A stretch of DNA of 64,000 nt from Planctomycetota bacterium (GCA_050248855.1 JBFWRP010000003.1:64001-128000); one strand, 5' to 3'; shown: positions 26,240 through 40,129, numbered from the stretch's first letter. Translations and numbers: made by a program. Notes: generated by a model from the sequence alone, not told the origin.

Positions 26240-28045
26240 CTACGGGGCGAGCGTGACGAAGTGCATACCGGGCCCCGGCATCACGCGTCGGATGTCGGCG
26301 GGCTCCAGCCCAGCGGCTTCCACTTGGACCCGCAGCGGACGCTCCGGCAGGTAGGCCGGGATCTCGAGCACGCCGTTCGCGTCGGTACGCAGCTCGTCGA
26401 GCGGCGGGGGCAAGAGGAGCGGGGGGCCACCGTCGTCCACCGAGAGCACGACGCGCGCACCCCGGATCGGCAGACCGGAAGGCGTGTGCACGCGCAGCGC
26501 CAGCGCGCGTGCGGGGTCGCCCGCCGCCATCTCGACCTGCTGCGTACCTGCCGCGACGACGGCGCCCGCGGCCCGGGTCACGAAACCCTCTTGCCACGCC
26601 ACGACCTCCACGTCGCCGTGGGGGAAGGGACCCAGGCGCACGGAGCCATCCGCCCCCGTCCGTCCGCGATGCGCAAGCGGCATGCGACCGTCGGCGACCG
26701 AGCGGGCCAGCACGTGCATGCCGGCGTGCAGCGTCCCGGCGTGCACGACGAGCCATGCGCCCTCCACGCCCGGCGGGAGCGCGACGGCTTGGCCCGCGTC
26801 GACCTGCGCCGTACGTGGCGCATGCACACCGTCCTGGACCAGGAGCGTGACGTCGCCGGCGTGGGCGGGCACGGCGACGTGCTCGAGGGGGCCGCGCCCC
26901 TGCGTCACGACGGTCAGACGACCGCCGCGATCGCCGCGGGGGCCGTCCTGCGTGGCACCGCGTGCCGTGGCTGTCCACGAAGCGGGCAGCGTCTCGCCGT
27001 CGGGGAGGCCGATCGCCTGGCGTGCGAGTCGCGCATCCACCTGCAAGGGCTCGCCCTCGGGCACGGTCATGCGCAGCGTCACCTCGAGGCCCTCGCTCGT
27101 GCCCCACGCCAGCTCGACGGTCTCGCCCGCGGGCCAGCGGGCCGGATCCAGGCGCAGCGCCCCGTCCGGGCCGCGCGCCACCGGCTCGTAGGCAGCCTCG
27201 CTGTCCGCCGGCCGCACACGCACCTCGACGCCGTCGGGCAGCCCCTGCACGCGCGCGACCACGCGCCCCGCAGCGTCACCCAACCGCCAGTGCAAGGGCC
27301 CGCTCTCGCGCAAGCTGACCCACGTGCTGTCCGCGTCGGGCCCGTCCTTCAAGCGCAGCCGGACGACGTCCTGAAGGCGGTCCACGCGCACGCGCCCCGC
27401 GGCGTCGGCACGCAGCGTGTCGAGCACGTCGCCATCGGCGCCAAGGGCCTCGACGAGTGCGCCCGCCGCCGGAGGCCCCGCCCCCGTGCTCTCCAGCGTC
27501 ACCTCCCGCGGCTGGGGGGTCCTGAGCGGCGGCGTGGCCTGGGGTGGCAAGTGCACGGTCCACGGGCCGCTGCTGGCGGGTGTGCCCGCCGCGCCGGCGC
27601 CCAGATGGCGCAGATCGCGCTGACCATGGCGTACGCGCAGGCCCTGGGCCAGCACCTCGCGGCGATCGAGACGCGTCCACCCGCGCGCGTCGGGCTGCGC
27701 ACTCATCGCACCACCGGCGCCCGCACCGAGCCGTGCGTCGGTCGCGGGCGTGCCGTCGGCGGCCAGCACGAGGACCTGGACCTCGTTGGCTCCGGGGAGC
27801 GGCAGCGGGCGATCGCTCTCGGTCGGTCGGGCGACGCCCACGTCGGGGTCCGCCGTCTCGTCGTCGCGCTTCGGACGATCGTCGCGTCGTTGCGCCGACG
27901 GCAGCGGCCGCGCCTCCCAGCCGCTGCCGCCTCCGCCGGGCCAGGTCCCGGGCAGCCAGCGGTTGAGCTCGAGCAACAGCGCGAGCAGCAACAGCAGGAG
28001 CAACACCACGAGCGTGCGACGGAGGCGCAGGCGGGGTCGGGACAT
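26240..28045 (-). CDS. Membrane-anchored protein with carboxypeptidase regulatory-like (beta-sandwich) repeats
   Basis: N-terminal poly-Leu TM; repeated RADAAGRV / RTGADGSV / RTDANGVL motifs. Confidence 0.65.
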   Translation of the reverse strand: MSRPRLRLRRTLVVLLLLLLLALLLELNRWLPGTWPGGGGSGWEARPLPSAQRRDDRPKRDDETADPDVGVARPTESDRPLPLPGANEVQVLVLAADGTPATDARLGAGAGGAMSAQPDARGWTRLDRREVLAQGLRVRHGQRDLRHLGAGAAGTPASSGPWTVHLPPQATPPLRTPQPREVTLESTGAGPPAAGALVEALGADGDVLDTLRADAAGRVRVDRLQDVVRLRLKDGPDADSTWVSLRESGPLHWRLGDAAGRVVARVQGLPDGVEVRVRPADSEAAYEPVARGPDGALRLDPARWPAGETVELAWGTSEGLEVTLRMTVPEGEPLQVDARLARQAIGLPDGETLPASWTATARGATQDGPRGDRGGRLTVVTQGRGPLEHVAVPAHAGDVTLLVQDGVHAPRTAQVDAGQAVALPPGVEGAWLVVHAGTLHAGMHVLARSVADGRMPLAHRGRTGADGSVRLGPFPHGDVEVVAWQEGFVTRAAGAVVAAGTQQVEMAAGDPARALALRVHTPSGLPIRGARVVLSVDDGGPPLLLPPPLDELRTDANGVLEIPAYLPERPLRVQVEAAGLEPADIRRVMPGPGMHFVTLAP

Positions 28046-28088
28046 GGCTCCCAAGCCTACGGCAGGTCCGGCCCGGCCGCGGAAGAGG

Positions 28089-29681
28089 TCAGCGGAAGAG
28101 TGCCGCCCAGCGGGAGCCGCGGTACCGCTCGTGCCCCCGTGCGAGCAAGTGCGAGCGGATGGGGCTGGAAGGCCGCATCTGCGAGATCTCCTCGAGGTCC
28201 TGGAGCGCGTCCAGGCCGCGGCGTGCGTCTTCGGCCAGCGCGCCCGCGCCAGCGCGGGAGGTGACCGCGGCGAGGGATGCGCGCGACGCGTCGAGCCGCC
28301 CGGCCTCGGCCGCTGCGAACGCCTCTAGGATGCGCGCCTCGGCCCAGGGAGCCTGGGGGTCGAGCGGAGGATCGGCCTCCACGTTCATGCGTACGGCGCG
28401 GTACCCCCCGGCCACGTGCCCGGGCTCCGCGGAGGCCCGTGCGCGTGTCGGCGGCTCGTCCGTGATCGGCTTGCCCACGGGAATCGCCGTCGGCTTGTTC
28501 GCCGACTGGTCGCCGTCGGGGCTGCCGTAGAGCTGCACTTCGGGGGCCGTGAACGGCTCGTGGGCTTGCGCGAGCTGCTCGGGCGCATCGACCGCCGAGG
28601 CCCGCTGACCGTCGACGCGCCGCACGGCGGGAGGCGGAAGGTGCGGGGCGCCGGGCGAGTGGGGCGGCCCGGGGAGCACGCAGTCCGGGGCCGTGCGAGA
28701 GGGCCGCGTGGGCTGGGCTCCGCCATCGGCTGTGGGCGCACGGTCCTCGCCGGGCCCGGGCGCCACGTACGTGGTGCGTCCGAGCGGGCCGCCGCGGAGC
28801 TCCGCCTGGGACCACGTCCTGAGCTCGGCGGGCGCGTCGCTGCCCGGCAAGTCGGCCAGCAGCGCATCGGGCGACAGCTCGGCTTCCTGGTCGTCGTACA
28901 CCACGGGGCCGTCGAGGAGCGCCGAGGGCGCATCGCAGCCGCCGGGCCCGCAGAGCGGGGCAGGCGCCTTGCCGCTTCCGCAGCGACCGCCGATGCAGAC
29001 GCCCACGCCGTCTTCCGTGCTGAGCACCGTCTTGCGCTGGGCGCGCTCCGCCTCGTCGGCCGCGGGGTGCTCGGGATCCGGCGGCACGGTGTCGGCGTGG
29101 GCGAGCGGCGCGTCGCTCTCGGGATGCACGGCCGAGTCACCGTCCGGCTGGCCCTTGCGCTTGCGCTCGGCCACGGCGAAGACGTACTCGGCGCGCGCCA
29201 GGAACGCCTCGTACTGCTGGTCGGTCAGCCGGCCGCCCCAACCCGTGATCCAGCGGCCTTCCTCGTCGAGGAACCCCGCCCACGGCAGCTTGCGCAGCTG
29301 CGCCGCGGGCACCCAGCGTTGGAAGATGCGCTGCACCCGCGCATCGGGGAAGCGGGCGTCGATCGCCAAGCCGACCGCGATGCGCTGCAGGCGCTCGCGG
29401 AAGCCGGGCGTGGGGACGAGCCGCGTCACGAGGTCGCGGCAGTTGCCGCAGCCGGGCTTGCCCAGCTCCACGAAGATGAACTTGTGGTCGAGGCGGGCCC
29501 GATGCCGCGCGGCGTCGAGGTCGTGGAACCAGTCGAGCGTGTCCCCGTCATCGAAGTGGGGGTGGCCGCCGCGCGCCTCGGCCGAACGTGCGCCGAAGCC
29601 CAGGAGCAGGCCCGTCATCACGACGACCCCGAAGCTCCACGCCATCCCGAAGCTTGGCGACGCCGCCCGTCGTCTGGCCAT
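28089..29681 (-). CDS. Exported thioredoxin-like protein with low-complexity linker
   Basis: Signal peptide; WFHDLDAARHRARLDHKFIFVELGKPGCGNC (CxxC). Confidence 0.7.
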   Translation of the reverse strand: MARRRAASPSFGMAWSFGVVVMTGLLLGFGARSAEARGGHPHFDDGDTLDWFHDLDAARHRARLDHKFIFVELGKPGCGNCRDLVTRLVPTPGFRERLQRIAVGLAIDARFPDARVQRIFQRWVPAAQLRKLPWAGFLDEEGRWITGWGGRLTDQQYEAFLARAEYVFAVAERKRKGQPDGDSAVHPESDAPLAHADTVPPDPEHPAADEAERAQRKTVLSTEDGVGVCIGGRCGSGKAPAPLCGPGGCDAPSALLDGPVVYDDQEAELSPDALLADLPGSDAPAELRTWSQAELRGGPLGRTTYVAPGPGEDRAPTADGGAQPTRPSRTAPDCVLPGPPHSPGAPHLPPPAVRRVDGQRASAVDAPEQLAQAHEPFTAPEVQLYGSPDGDQSANKPTAIPVGKPITDEPPTRARASAEPGHVAGGYRAVRMNVEADPPLDPQAPWAEARILEAFAAAEAGRLDASRASLAAVTSRAGAGALAEDARRGLDALQDLEEISQMRPSSPIRSHLLARGHERYRGSRWAALFR

Positions 29682-29798
29682 GCAACCCTCCCGCGCACGC
29701 CGCAGTCGTGAGCGGTGTGCTGGCGGCTACAAGACCTGGGGGTCCAACCGCCTTCCCTACACTACAGGCGGTTGCCCCCGCGGAAAGCACGGAGAACG

Positions 29799-31190
29799 TC
29801 AGGAGTCGAAGAGCGGGCTCCAGATCGTCCCGGCCAAGTCGCGCGCGGCGCGCTCGCGGTAGCGCTCGCGCTCCGATGCACTGGTCGCCTGGTCCATGCG
29901 CTTGGCGTTGTAGATGGCGACGCCGCCCTTGGCGGCCTCGCGCGCGGCGGACGTGTCGGGCAGACGCTCGGCGATGGAGCGCAGGGTTTCCTGGGCAGCG
30001 GGGTAGCGCTTGCCACGGATCTGGGCGTAGGCCGCGAGCAGCTGCTCGCGGCCCCACGGCCCTGCCTCGGCCGACAGGGCCGCGGGCAACGTCGGTCCCG
30101 CGTCCGCGCCGGCGAGCGACGTCGGCAGCAGGGCGCCCGGTGCCACGGGAGGAGGCGTGGGGTCGAAGCCGGGCGGGTCCGACGGCATGCCCGACGTCGT
30201 GCTGCCGCCGGGCGGCGCGTCGCCCGGCGAACCCGGCCCGCGCGAAGCCACCGGCGCGGGCCACGTCGGGTCCGGCGCCACGGTCGTGTCCGGCGCGGGC
30301 GATGGCGCCACCACCTCACCCGGCCAGGGCGCGGCCGGGGTGGTCTCCGACGGCGTCGGCGCGATCGGGGTCGGGCCCGCTACGGGCACTTCGACCCACG
30401 GCGTGTGGACGCGCGGCGCGAACCCGCGGACCTGCGCGACGTCCGCCGACAGCTGGGCCGGCGAGCGCTTGCCCCAGAAGCCGTGGAGCCAGCCCAGCTC
30501 GGCGTCCACGAAGGCGACGAGCGGCATCAGGCTCGCGCCGGGCAGGTGGTCGTAGACGAAGCGGTGGACGTCGGGCCGTTCCGCGGTGCTGGCCATGTAC
30601 GTGTAGCCGACGGCGACGGAGGCCACCTCGCGGAGCCGGGCGGGCACGACACTGGCGCGGAACTCCTCGCAGAGGTGACAGCCCGGGTTGGACGCGACGA
30701 CGAGGATCAGCTTGCCCTGCGCGCGCGCGTCTTCCTGGGCGGCGGCGAAGCTCGTGTGCCAGCGCCACGGCCGCTGCTCGAAGGCGGGCACGCGCTGGGT
30801 GGTGACCGTCGCGCCGGGGCTCGCGTACGGCGGTGCGGGGGCAGCCGGTTCCGGCGCCGCGTACTCGGTGCCGGGGCCCGCGAACACCTCCGGCGGCGCC
30901 TCCGTGACGAAGGCCTCGTCGGCCACCCGGGAGGGCGCTCCAGCCGGCGTGCCGCCCGGGGACACGTAGGTGGTCCCGCCGAAGCCCGTCGACGCGGGGT
31001 GATCGCCCGGCGCCACGCCCACGCCGCCGTAGGAGGTGACGCCCGGCTCCCAGGGATTGTCGTCCAGCGCCGCGTACTCGTTGCCGAAGGCGGCGACCGG
31101 CGGCGGGGGCAGCGGTGTCGGCGACCCGCGGCACGCGCCGAGCAGGGCCAGGGGCGTGGCCAGGAGGGCCAACAGGCGTCGCAGTCGCAT
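29799..31190 (-). CDS. Thioredoxin-like lipoprotein with Pro-rich linkers
   Basis: LLGAC lipobox; [31 protein letters not shown] (CxxC). Confidence 0.7.
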   Translation of the reverse strand: MRLRRLLALLATPLALLGACRGSPTPLPPPPVAAFGNEYAALDDNPWEPGVTSYGGVGVAPGDHPASTGFGGTTYVSPGGTPAGAPSRVADEAFVTEAPPEVFAGPGTEYAAPEPAAPAPPYASPGATVTTQRVPAFEQRPWRWHTSFAAAQEDARAQGKLILVVASNPGCHLCEEFRASVVPARLREVASVAVGYTYMASTAERPDVHRFVYDHLPGASLMPLVAFVDAELGWLHGFWGKRSPAQLSADVAQVRGFAPRVHTPWVEVPVAGPTPIAPTPSETTPAAPWPGEVVAPSPAPDTTVAPDPTWPAPVASRGPGSPGDAPPGGSTTSGMPSDPPGFDPTPPPVAPGALLPTSLAGADAGPTLPAALSAEAGPWGREQLLAAYAQIRGKRYPAAQETLRSIAERLPDTSAAREAAKGGVAIYNAKRMDQATSASERERYRERAARDLAGTIWSPLFDS

Positions 31191-31546
31191 CCTGGTCTCC
31201 CCGTCGGCACGGCATGGGGGCCGTCCGACGAACCGCACCACGCTACCGCCCCGAGCCCACTGCCTTAAGCCTGGGTCGCACGCAGCGGCGCAGCGGCCGG
31301 GCATCCTCTTGTCACTTTGTCACCCCTCTGTGGTGGGGGCGGGAGGCCCCTGACAGCTTGGCAGCGTGGGCCCGCCCTGCCGTGCTGCGAAGTTCTCCCA
31401 ACGTACTTCCTGGAAAGGACTTGCGCGCGGGGCCCGGAGCCCGGCACGCCCTTGGCAAGGCGCGGGGCAGCCTCCCGAAGCGGCGGGGGGCGCGCTGCGT
31501 ACCTGCCGGGCCGCCCTTGCGGCCGGGCGGAAGGAGACCTCGCCCC

Positions 31547-33175
<1,629 letters not shown>

Positions 33176-33204
33176 GCGCCGGCGCGCTCCCGAGGAGATT
33201 TCCC

Positions 33205-33492
33205 ATGGCCATCCGTCCCCTGGACGACCGCGTCGTCGTCAAGCCGCTCGAGGCCGAAGAGAAGACGTCCGGCGGCATCCTGCTGCCCGACAGCGCCAAG
33301 GAGAAGCCGCAGCGCGCCACCGTCCTGGCGGTGGGCGAGGGCCGTCTCACCGACAAGGGCGAGCGCATCGCGCTCGCGCTCAAGGTCGGTGACCACGTGC
33401 TCTACGGCAAGTACAGCGGCACCGAGATCAAGTGGAACGGCGAGGAGCTGAAGATCCTCCGCGAGAGCGAGGTCCTCGCCATCCTCGACTGA
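33205..33492 (+). CDS. groS: Co-chaperonin GroES
   Basis: [33 protein letters not shown]. Confidence 0.97.
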   Translation: MAIRPLDDRVVVKPLEAEEKTSGGILLPDSAKEKPQRATVLAVGEGRLTDKGERIALALKVGDHVLYGKYSGTEIKWNGEELKILRESEVLAILD

Positions 33493-33623
33493 CGTCGGAG
33501 TCGGTCGATCCCCCCGCGTGGCGCGCGCGTCCGGCGCCACGCGGTCCGCTTCCCCACGGACGCCGTCCCCGGTTTCGCAGCGCCCGCTCGAGGGCGCCGC
33601 GCCCCTTCACGGAGAGTGCCGAG

Positions 33624-35231
<1,608 letters not shown>

Positions 35232-35256
35232 TCGCGGAGGGCGCTACCATCGCGAC

Positions 35257-36387
35257 GTGACGGACGTGACCAAGCGCGACTACTACGAGGTCCTCGGCGT
35301 CGCCCGCGATGCCGACGAGGCCGCCCTGAAGCGCGCCTACCGTCGCCTTGCGCTGGAGAACCATCCCGACAAGCGGCCGGGGGACCAGGAGGCCGAGGAG
35401 CGCTTCAAGGAGGCGTCCGAGGCCTACGAGGTCCTCTCGGACCCCGACCGCCGCGCCCGCTACGACCAGTTCGGGCACGAAGGTGTGCGTCATGGCGGCT
35501 TCCGGGACGCCGCGTCCGTGTTCAGCAGCTTCGGCGACCTGTTCGAGCAGCTGTTCGGCGGGCGCGTCGCCACGGCCAGTCCGCGCGGTTCGAGCTTGCG
35601 CATCGACGTGGAGGTCCCGTTCGCGGACGTGGCGACCGGCGCCGAGCGAACGATCAGCCTGAAGCGCCTGGTGCCCTGCGACACGTGCAAGGCCTCGGGT
35701 TCGGCGGACGGGCGCGCGCCGGAGCGCTGCACCACCTGCGACGGCCAGGGCGCCATCCTGCGCAACACGGGCTTCTTCGCCATGCGCGAGATCTGTCCTC
35801 ACTGCGGCGGCGAGGGCCGTCGCGTGACCAAGCCGTGCGCGACGTGCCGCGGCGAGGGCAAGGTCCCGGGCCGCCGCGAGATCCAGGTGCGCATCCCGCC
35901 CGGGATCTACGACGGCGCGACGCTGCGCGTCCCGGGCGAAGGCGAGCCGGGCGTGCGAGGTGCGCCGCCGGGCGACCTGCACGTGCGCCTGCACGTGGGG
36001 CCGCATCCCCTGTTCCGTCGTTCCAGCGACGATCCGGCCGACCTGTTGGTCGACGTGCCCGTCCCCGTCTCCACGGCGTGGCTCGGCGGCCCGGTCGAAG
36101 TGCCCACGCTCGATGGTGCCGTCCAGGTGGACCTGGATCCCGGCACCCCGCCCGGGGCCACCGTGCGCGTGCGGGGTGCGGGCTTGCCGCGCTTCCAGCA
36201 AGGCGGTCGTGGCCACGTCTGGGCGCGCATCCAGTACGACGTCCCGAAGAGGCCCAGCCGCAAGCTCAAGCGCGCCCTGGAAGCGCTCGGCGAAGTCGAG
36301 GGGCCCGAACCGGGTCCGGCTCGCCGCGCCTTCCAGGACCTGGTGCGCGAGCACCAGCGCGACGCCGAGCAACGAGGTCGATCATGA
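35257..36387 (+). CDS. dnaJ: Molecular chaperone DnaJ
   Basis: DYYEVLGV, HPD motif, four CxxCxxxG zinc-finger repeats. Confidence 0.96.
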   Translation: MTDVTKRDYYEVLGVARDADEAALKRAYRRLALENHPDKRPGDQEAEERFKEASEAYEVLSDPDRRARYDQFGHEGVRHGGFRDAASVFSSFGDLFEQLFGGRVATASPRGSSLRIDVEVPFADVATGAERTISLKRLVPCDTCKASGSADGRAPERCTTCDGQGAILRNTGFFAMREICPHCGGEGRRVTKPCATCRGEGKVPGRREIQVRIPPGIYDGATLRVPGEGEPGVRGAPPGDLHVRLHVGPHPLFRRSSDDPADLLVDVPVPVSTAWLGGPVEVPTLDGAVQVDLDPGTPPGATVRVRGAGLPRFQQGGRGHVWARIQYDVPKRPSRKLKRALEALGEVEGPEPGPARRAFQDLVREHQRDAEQRGRS

Positions 36388-36947
36388 ACGAAGCCCGCCC
36401 GCAGGATCCCGAGCCGATCGAGGAACCGCCGGCCGCGGACGAGCCCGCGCCCGCTGCACCGAGCCACGAGGATCGCGTGCGCGAGCTCGAGGACAGGCTC
36501 CGTCGCGCCGAAGCCGAGTTCGTGAACGAGACGCGCCGCATCCGCCGCCAAGCCGACGAGCAGGGTCGCTACGCCGCCGAACGCGTCGTGGTGGATCTCC
36601 TGCCCGTGCTCGATGCGCTACAAGGCGCACGGAGCAGTCTCGGCGACGACGGGGACACGGCCGTCGTGCGCGAGGGACTCGACCTGGTCGAGCGCCAGCT
36701 GGCCGATGTACTGGCCCGCCACGGCGTGGAGCGCATCGAGGCGGAGGGCTTGCCCTTCGACCCCGCGTGCCACGAGGCCATGCTCATGGTGGACGACGCC
36801 AGTCGGCCCGCCCAGACCGTGGCCCGCGTGCTGCGCCACGGCTACCGCTTGCACGGTCGCGTCGTGCGCCCCGCGCAGGTCGTCGTCGCGCGTGGTGGCC
36901 AGGCGCAGGAGCGCGATGCGCAGGAGGCCGACGATGCCGACGTATGA
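36384..36947 (+). CDS. grpE: Nucleotide exchange factor GrpE
   Basis: AEAEFVN..RR, LLPVLDAL, FDPACHEA, GYRLHGRVVRPAQVVV. Confidence 0.93.
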   Translation: MNEARPQDPEPIEEPPAADEPAPAAPSHEDRVRELEDRLRRAEAEFVNETRRIRRQADEQGRYAAERVVVDLLPVLDALQGARSSLGDDGDTAVVREGLDLVERQLADVLARHGVERIEAEGLPFDPACHEAMLMVDDASRPAQTVARVLRHGYRLHGRVVRPAQVVVARGGQAQERDAQEADDADV

Positions 36948-37266
36948 CTACGCGTGCGAGGCCTGCGGCCATCGCTTCGAGCACTTCCAGAGCATGAACA
37001 GCAAGCGCCTGGTCACGTGCCCGGTGTGCAAGAAGCGCAAGCTCGTGCGGCTGGTGGGCGCCGGCGCCGGCGTGATCTTCAAGGGCTCGGGGTTCTACGA
37101 GACCGACTACAAGCGCGCGGGCAGCAGCCCCTCGAAGGACGCCTCGACGTCGTCGTCCGACGGCGGCTCGGACGCGTCCGCGGGCAGATCGTCCGCCTCG
37201 GAGGGCGCCAAGCCCGCCTCGGACACCTCGAAGGGTGGGGGCAGCAAGGGCGCGGAGAAGGCGTGA
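36934..37266 (+). CDS. FmdB-family zinc ribbon protein
   Basis: MPTYDYACEACGHRFE...CPVC...FKGSGFYETDY and a Ser-rich tail. Confidence 0.9.
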   Translation: MPTYDYACEACGHRFEHFQSMNSKRLVTCPVCKKRKLVRLVGAGAGVIFKGSGFYETDYKRAGSSPSKDASTSSSDGGSDASAGRSSASEGAKPASDTSKGGGSKGAEKA

Positions 37267-37484
37267 CCGGCGTTCCCAGGCCCACCCCGAGCGCCCCGTG
37301 CCCCACGTGCGGGGGCCCGGCCTCGCTCGGCCGGGACAACGGCGCGCGCCCGTTTTGCAGCTCCCGCTGCAAGTGGGTGGACTTGGGACGGTGGCTGGAT
37401 GGAACCTACCGTGTCCCGGCGGAGGAGGACGACGACGACCTCCCGCCGCCCCCCAGCCATGACCCCTCCGCCGACCGCTACTGA
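37263..37484 (+). CDS. yacG: DNA gyrase inhibitor YacG
   Basis: CPTC...RPFCSSRCKWVDLGRWLDGTYRVP. Confidence 0.9.
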   Translation: MTGVPRPTPSAPCPTCGGPASLGRDNGARPFCSSRCKWVDLGRWLDGTYRVPAEEDDDDLPPPPSHDPSADRY

Positions 37485-38565
37485 TCTCTGGCACGCCGCG
37501 GGCCGCGAGGGCCGCGACGTCCGCAAGCGCGTCGTGGCGGCCCTGGGGCTCGTCGTGGGCGTGGCCGCCGCCATGGTCGTGGCCGTTGGGGCACGCCTGC
37601 TGGCGGGCCAAGCCCTCGGCGACCTGCCCTGGTTGCGCCCCGTCGAGCTGGTGCTCGGGCCCCTGCGCGACGCCTGGCTCGAGGATCGTGACCTGGCGCT
37701 GGGTCTCCAGCTGCTGGCGCACGCGGCGGTGTTGCTGCTCGTGGCGGCGCGCTTCGGCGGCGAGCTCCACCGCCTCGCGGTCGTCGATCTCACGGGTTCG
37801 CACCGCGAGAGCGGCGTCGACGCGCGCCGCTTCGCCCGCGCCCACGTCGGTGCGTTCTACGGCGCGCGCATGGCCTACGTGGTCGGCGTGGTCGCCCCCG
37901 TCGTCGCCATCGGCACGCTTGCCCTGGCGGGCCGCCTCCCCGGTGTGCTCGGTGGGGCGGGCCTCGCGTTCGCGGTGGCCGTCGGCGGCGCCTTGGCCGT
38001 CGTCGCGGCGTTGGTCTTGCTGGGCGGCGCGTTCGGAGGCTTCCTGACGGGTCCGCTCGTCGCGGCCGAGGGCGCGGACGCCTTCGACGCCGTGACCCGG
38101 GCCTACGGCTACACGATCGACGGGCTTCCCGCCCTCGTGCTGCGTCGGGCGTGGTTCTTCCTCGGCGTGCTGCTCGGCAGCGCCCTGCGCGCCGTGCGCG
38201 GCCTGATCGGCCTGCTGCTCGGCCACGCGGCCCTGTCGGTGGGGGCACCCGACTCCTGGGCGCGCGCCCGCGCGATCCTGGCTGCCGGCGGTACCCCCCC
38301 CGATGCCGAGCGTCTGGGTCTCGGGTTCGGGGACCACCTCGTGGGGGCGGTGGCCCTCGCCGTGGTGGCCGGCTACGTGCTGTACGTACTGGCCGACTTC
38401 GTGGCGCGCCTCGTGTGCGCGCGCGCCGCCGTCTACCTGCTCACGCGGCGCGACCGCGACCACGTCCCCGTGCACGTGCTGCGCGCCGCACCCCGGGTGC
38501 GCGAAGCCACGCGCCCCGAAGAGGCCGGCTTCGAGGAGGTCGCGCGCCTCGGGGAGGACGAATGA
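37459..38565 (+). CDS. Hypothetical integral membrane protein
   Basis: Multiple hydrophobic helices; overlaps its neighbours in the operon. Confidence 0.75.
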   Translation: MTPPPTATDLWHAAGREGRDVRKRVVAALGLVVGVAAAMVVAVGARLLAGQALGDLPWLRPVELVLGPLRDAWLEDRDLALGLQLLAHAAVLLLVAARFGGELHRLAVVDLTGSHRESGVDARRFARAHVGAFYGARMAYVVGVVAPVVAIGTLALAGRLPGVLGGAGLAFAVAVGGALAVVAALVLLGGAFGGFLTGPLVAAEGADAFDAVTRAYGYTIDGLPALVLRRAWFFLGVLLGSALRAVRGLIGLLLGHAALSVGAPDSWARARAILAAGGTPPDAERLGLGFGDHLVGAVALAVVAGYVLYVLADFVARLVCARAAVYLLTRRDRDHVPVHVLRAAPRVREATRPEEAGFEEVARLGEDE

Positions 38566-39338
38566 CCACCACGGGCGTCGGACTGCAGGTGCCCGTGCTC
38601 GAGGTGTTCTCGAGCGTCCAGGGCGAGGGCCCGCGCGTGGGCGAACGCCAGGTGTTCGTCCGCCTTGCGGGCTGCGACCTCCGGTGCGCCTTCTGCGACA
38701 CGCCGGAGAGCTTCCCCGCACCGCGCGTGGCGCGGCTCGAGACCAGCCCTGGGGGCCCCCGCGAAGAGCAGGTCAAGAACCCGCTTGGCGTCGATGCCCT
38801 GGTGGACGCCGTGCTGCGCTTGGACGAGCCCCGCGGCCTCCACGCGGCGGTCTCCATCACGGGCGGCGAGCCCTTGCTCCATCCGGCCGCCGTGCGCGCG
38901 CTCGCCGAGCGTTTGCGCGCCGCCGGGCTCGCCATCCATGTCGAGACGGGCGGGCACCGCCCCGGCGCGCTACGCCACGTGCTCGACGTCGTCGACCGCG
39001 TCAGCCCGGACCTCAAGCTCGAGAGCGCCACGGGCGAGCCCACGCCGTGGGAGGCGCACGCCGAGACGTACGAGCTTCTGGAGCAGGCCAAGAAGGGCGT
39101 CTGCGTGAAGGCGATCGTCGTCGCCACCACGCCGGCCGACGAGGTCGCGGCGGCCGCCCGCCACGCAGCGCGGTTCCTGCCGTCGGCGCCGTTCGTGCTG
39201 CAGCCCGTGACGCCGCGCGGCGACGGCATGGCCCGCCCGAGTGCGTCGCACCTGCTGCGCTTGCAGCGCGCCGCTGCGCACCACCACCGGGACGTGCGCG
39301 TGATCCCGCAGGTCCATCCGCTCCTGGGGGTGCGATGA
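38562..39338 (+). CDS. queE: 7-carboxy-7-deazaguanine synthase (radical SAM)
   Basis: EVFSSVQGEG, FVRLAGCDLRCAFCDT, ITGGEPLL, ETGG, RVIPQVH. Confidence 0.9.
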   Translation: MTTTGVGLQVPVLEVFSSVQGEGPRVGERQVFVRLAGCDLRCAFCDTPESFPAPRVARLETSPGGPREEQVKNPLGVDALVDAVLRLDEPRGLHAAVSITGGEPLLHPAAVRALAERLRAAGLAIHVETGGHRPGALRHVLDVVDRVSPDLKLESATGEPTPWEAHAETYELLEQAKKGVCVKAIVVATTPADEVAAAARHAARFLPSAPFVLQPVTPRGDGMARPSASHLLRLQRAAAHHHRDVRVIPQVHPLLGVR

Positions 39339-40090
39339 GCGAACGCGAGGGCGTCGATGTCTCCATGCGCACGCGCGCGCTGCGCGAGGAGGTCTCCGAG
39401 AAGTTCTTCCAGGGCACCGGCGCCACGTACGACCGCGTCGTGGCCTGGACCACGCTCGGCTTGGACAAGCGGTGGAAGAAGCGCCTCCTGGCCGCGGTCC
39501 CCACGGACGCGCGCCGCATCCTCGACCTCGCGTGCGGGACGGGCATCGTGCTGGAGGGGCTGCATCGTCGCGCACCGAAGGCCAAGCTCGTGGGCGTCGA
39601 CTTCACGGCGGACTACCTCGAGGTCGCCCGGCAGCGCATGGCGGCGACCGACGCCGACGTCACGTTCCTGCACACCAACGCCGAGGACATGGAGCTCGAG
39701 GGCACCTTCGACGTCGTCGTCTCCAGCTACATCCCCAAGTACGTGGACCCCGACGTGTTGCTGGCCCGGCTGGCGCCGCATCTCGAGCCCGGCACCGTGC
39801 TCGCCTTCCACGACTTCGCCTTCCCCCGCGGCGGGGCGCGCTTCCTCTGGCGCCGCTGGATGCGCCTGTTGGCTTGGCTGGGACCCAAGATCTGGCCTGC
39901 CTGGAAGGTTTGCTTCGACGAGAACCTGGAGCAGCTGATCGAGCAGTCCAAGTGGCACCGCACCTACCCGCAGGCCCTCGAGGCCCAGGGCTGGGTCGAC
40001 GTCCAGATGCACAAGCTCACCTGCCGCACCGCGATCCTCGTGACCGCCCGGCGGCCCGGGCGCGCGGCGGAGGGCCCTTCCTCGTCGTAG
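39335..40090 (+). CDS. Class I SAM methyltransferase (UbiE/MenG-like)
   Basis: YDRVVAWTTLGLDKRWK, ILDLACGTG, GVDF. Confidence 0.85.
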   Translation: MSEREGVDVSMRTRALREEVSEKFFQGTGATYDRVVAWTTLGLDKRWKKRLLAAVPTDARRILDLACGTGIVLEGLHRRAPKAKLVGVDFTADYLEVARQRMAATDADVTFLHTNAEDMELEGTFDVVVSSYIPKYVDPDVLLARLAPHLEPGTVLAFHDFAFPRGGARFLWRRWMRLLAWLGPKIWPAWKVCFDENLEQLIEQSKWHRTYPQALEAQGWVDVQMHKLTCRTAILVTARRPGRAAEGPSSS

Positions 40091-40129
40091 GCTGGGTATG
40101 CCCGTCGCCGCGGGGAGGAGATCGTCGTC

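Noticed and set aside
38562..40090. 7-deazaguanine DNA modification (dpd) system
   Set aside because: Only queE and a UbiE-like methyltransferase are present; no dpdA/tgt-like, queC or queD genes, so it fits ordinary queuosine metabolism
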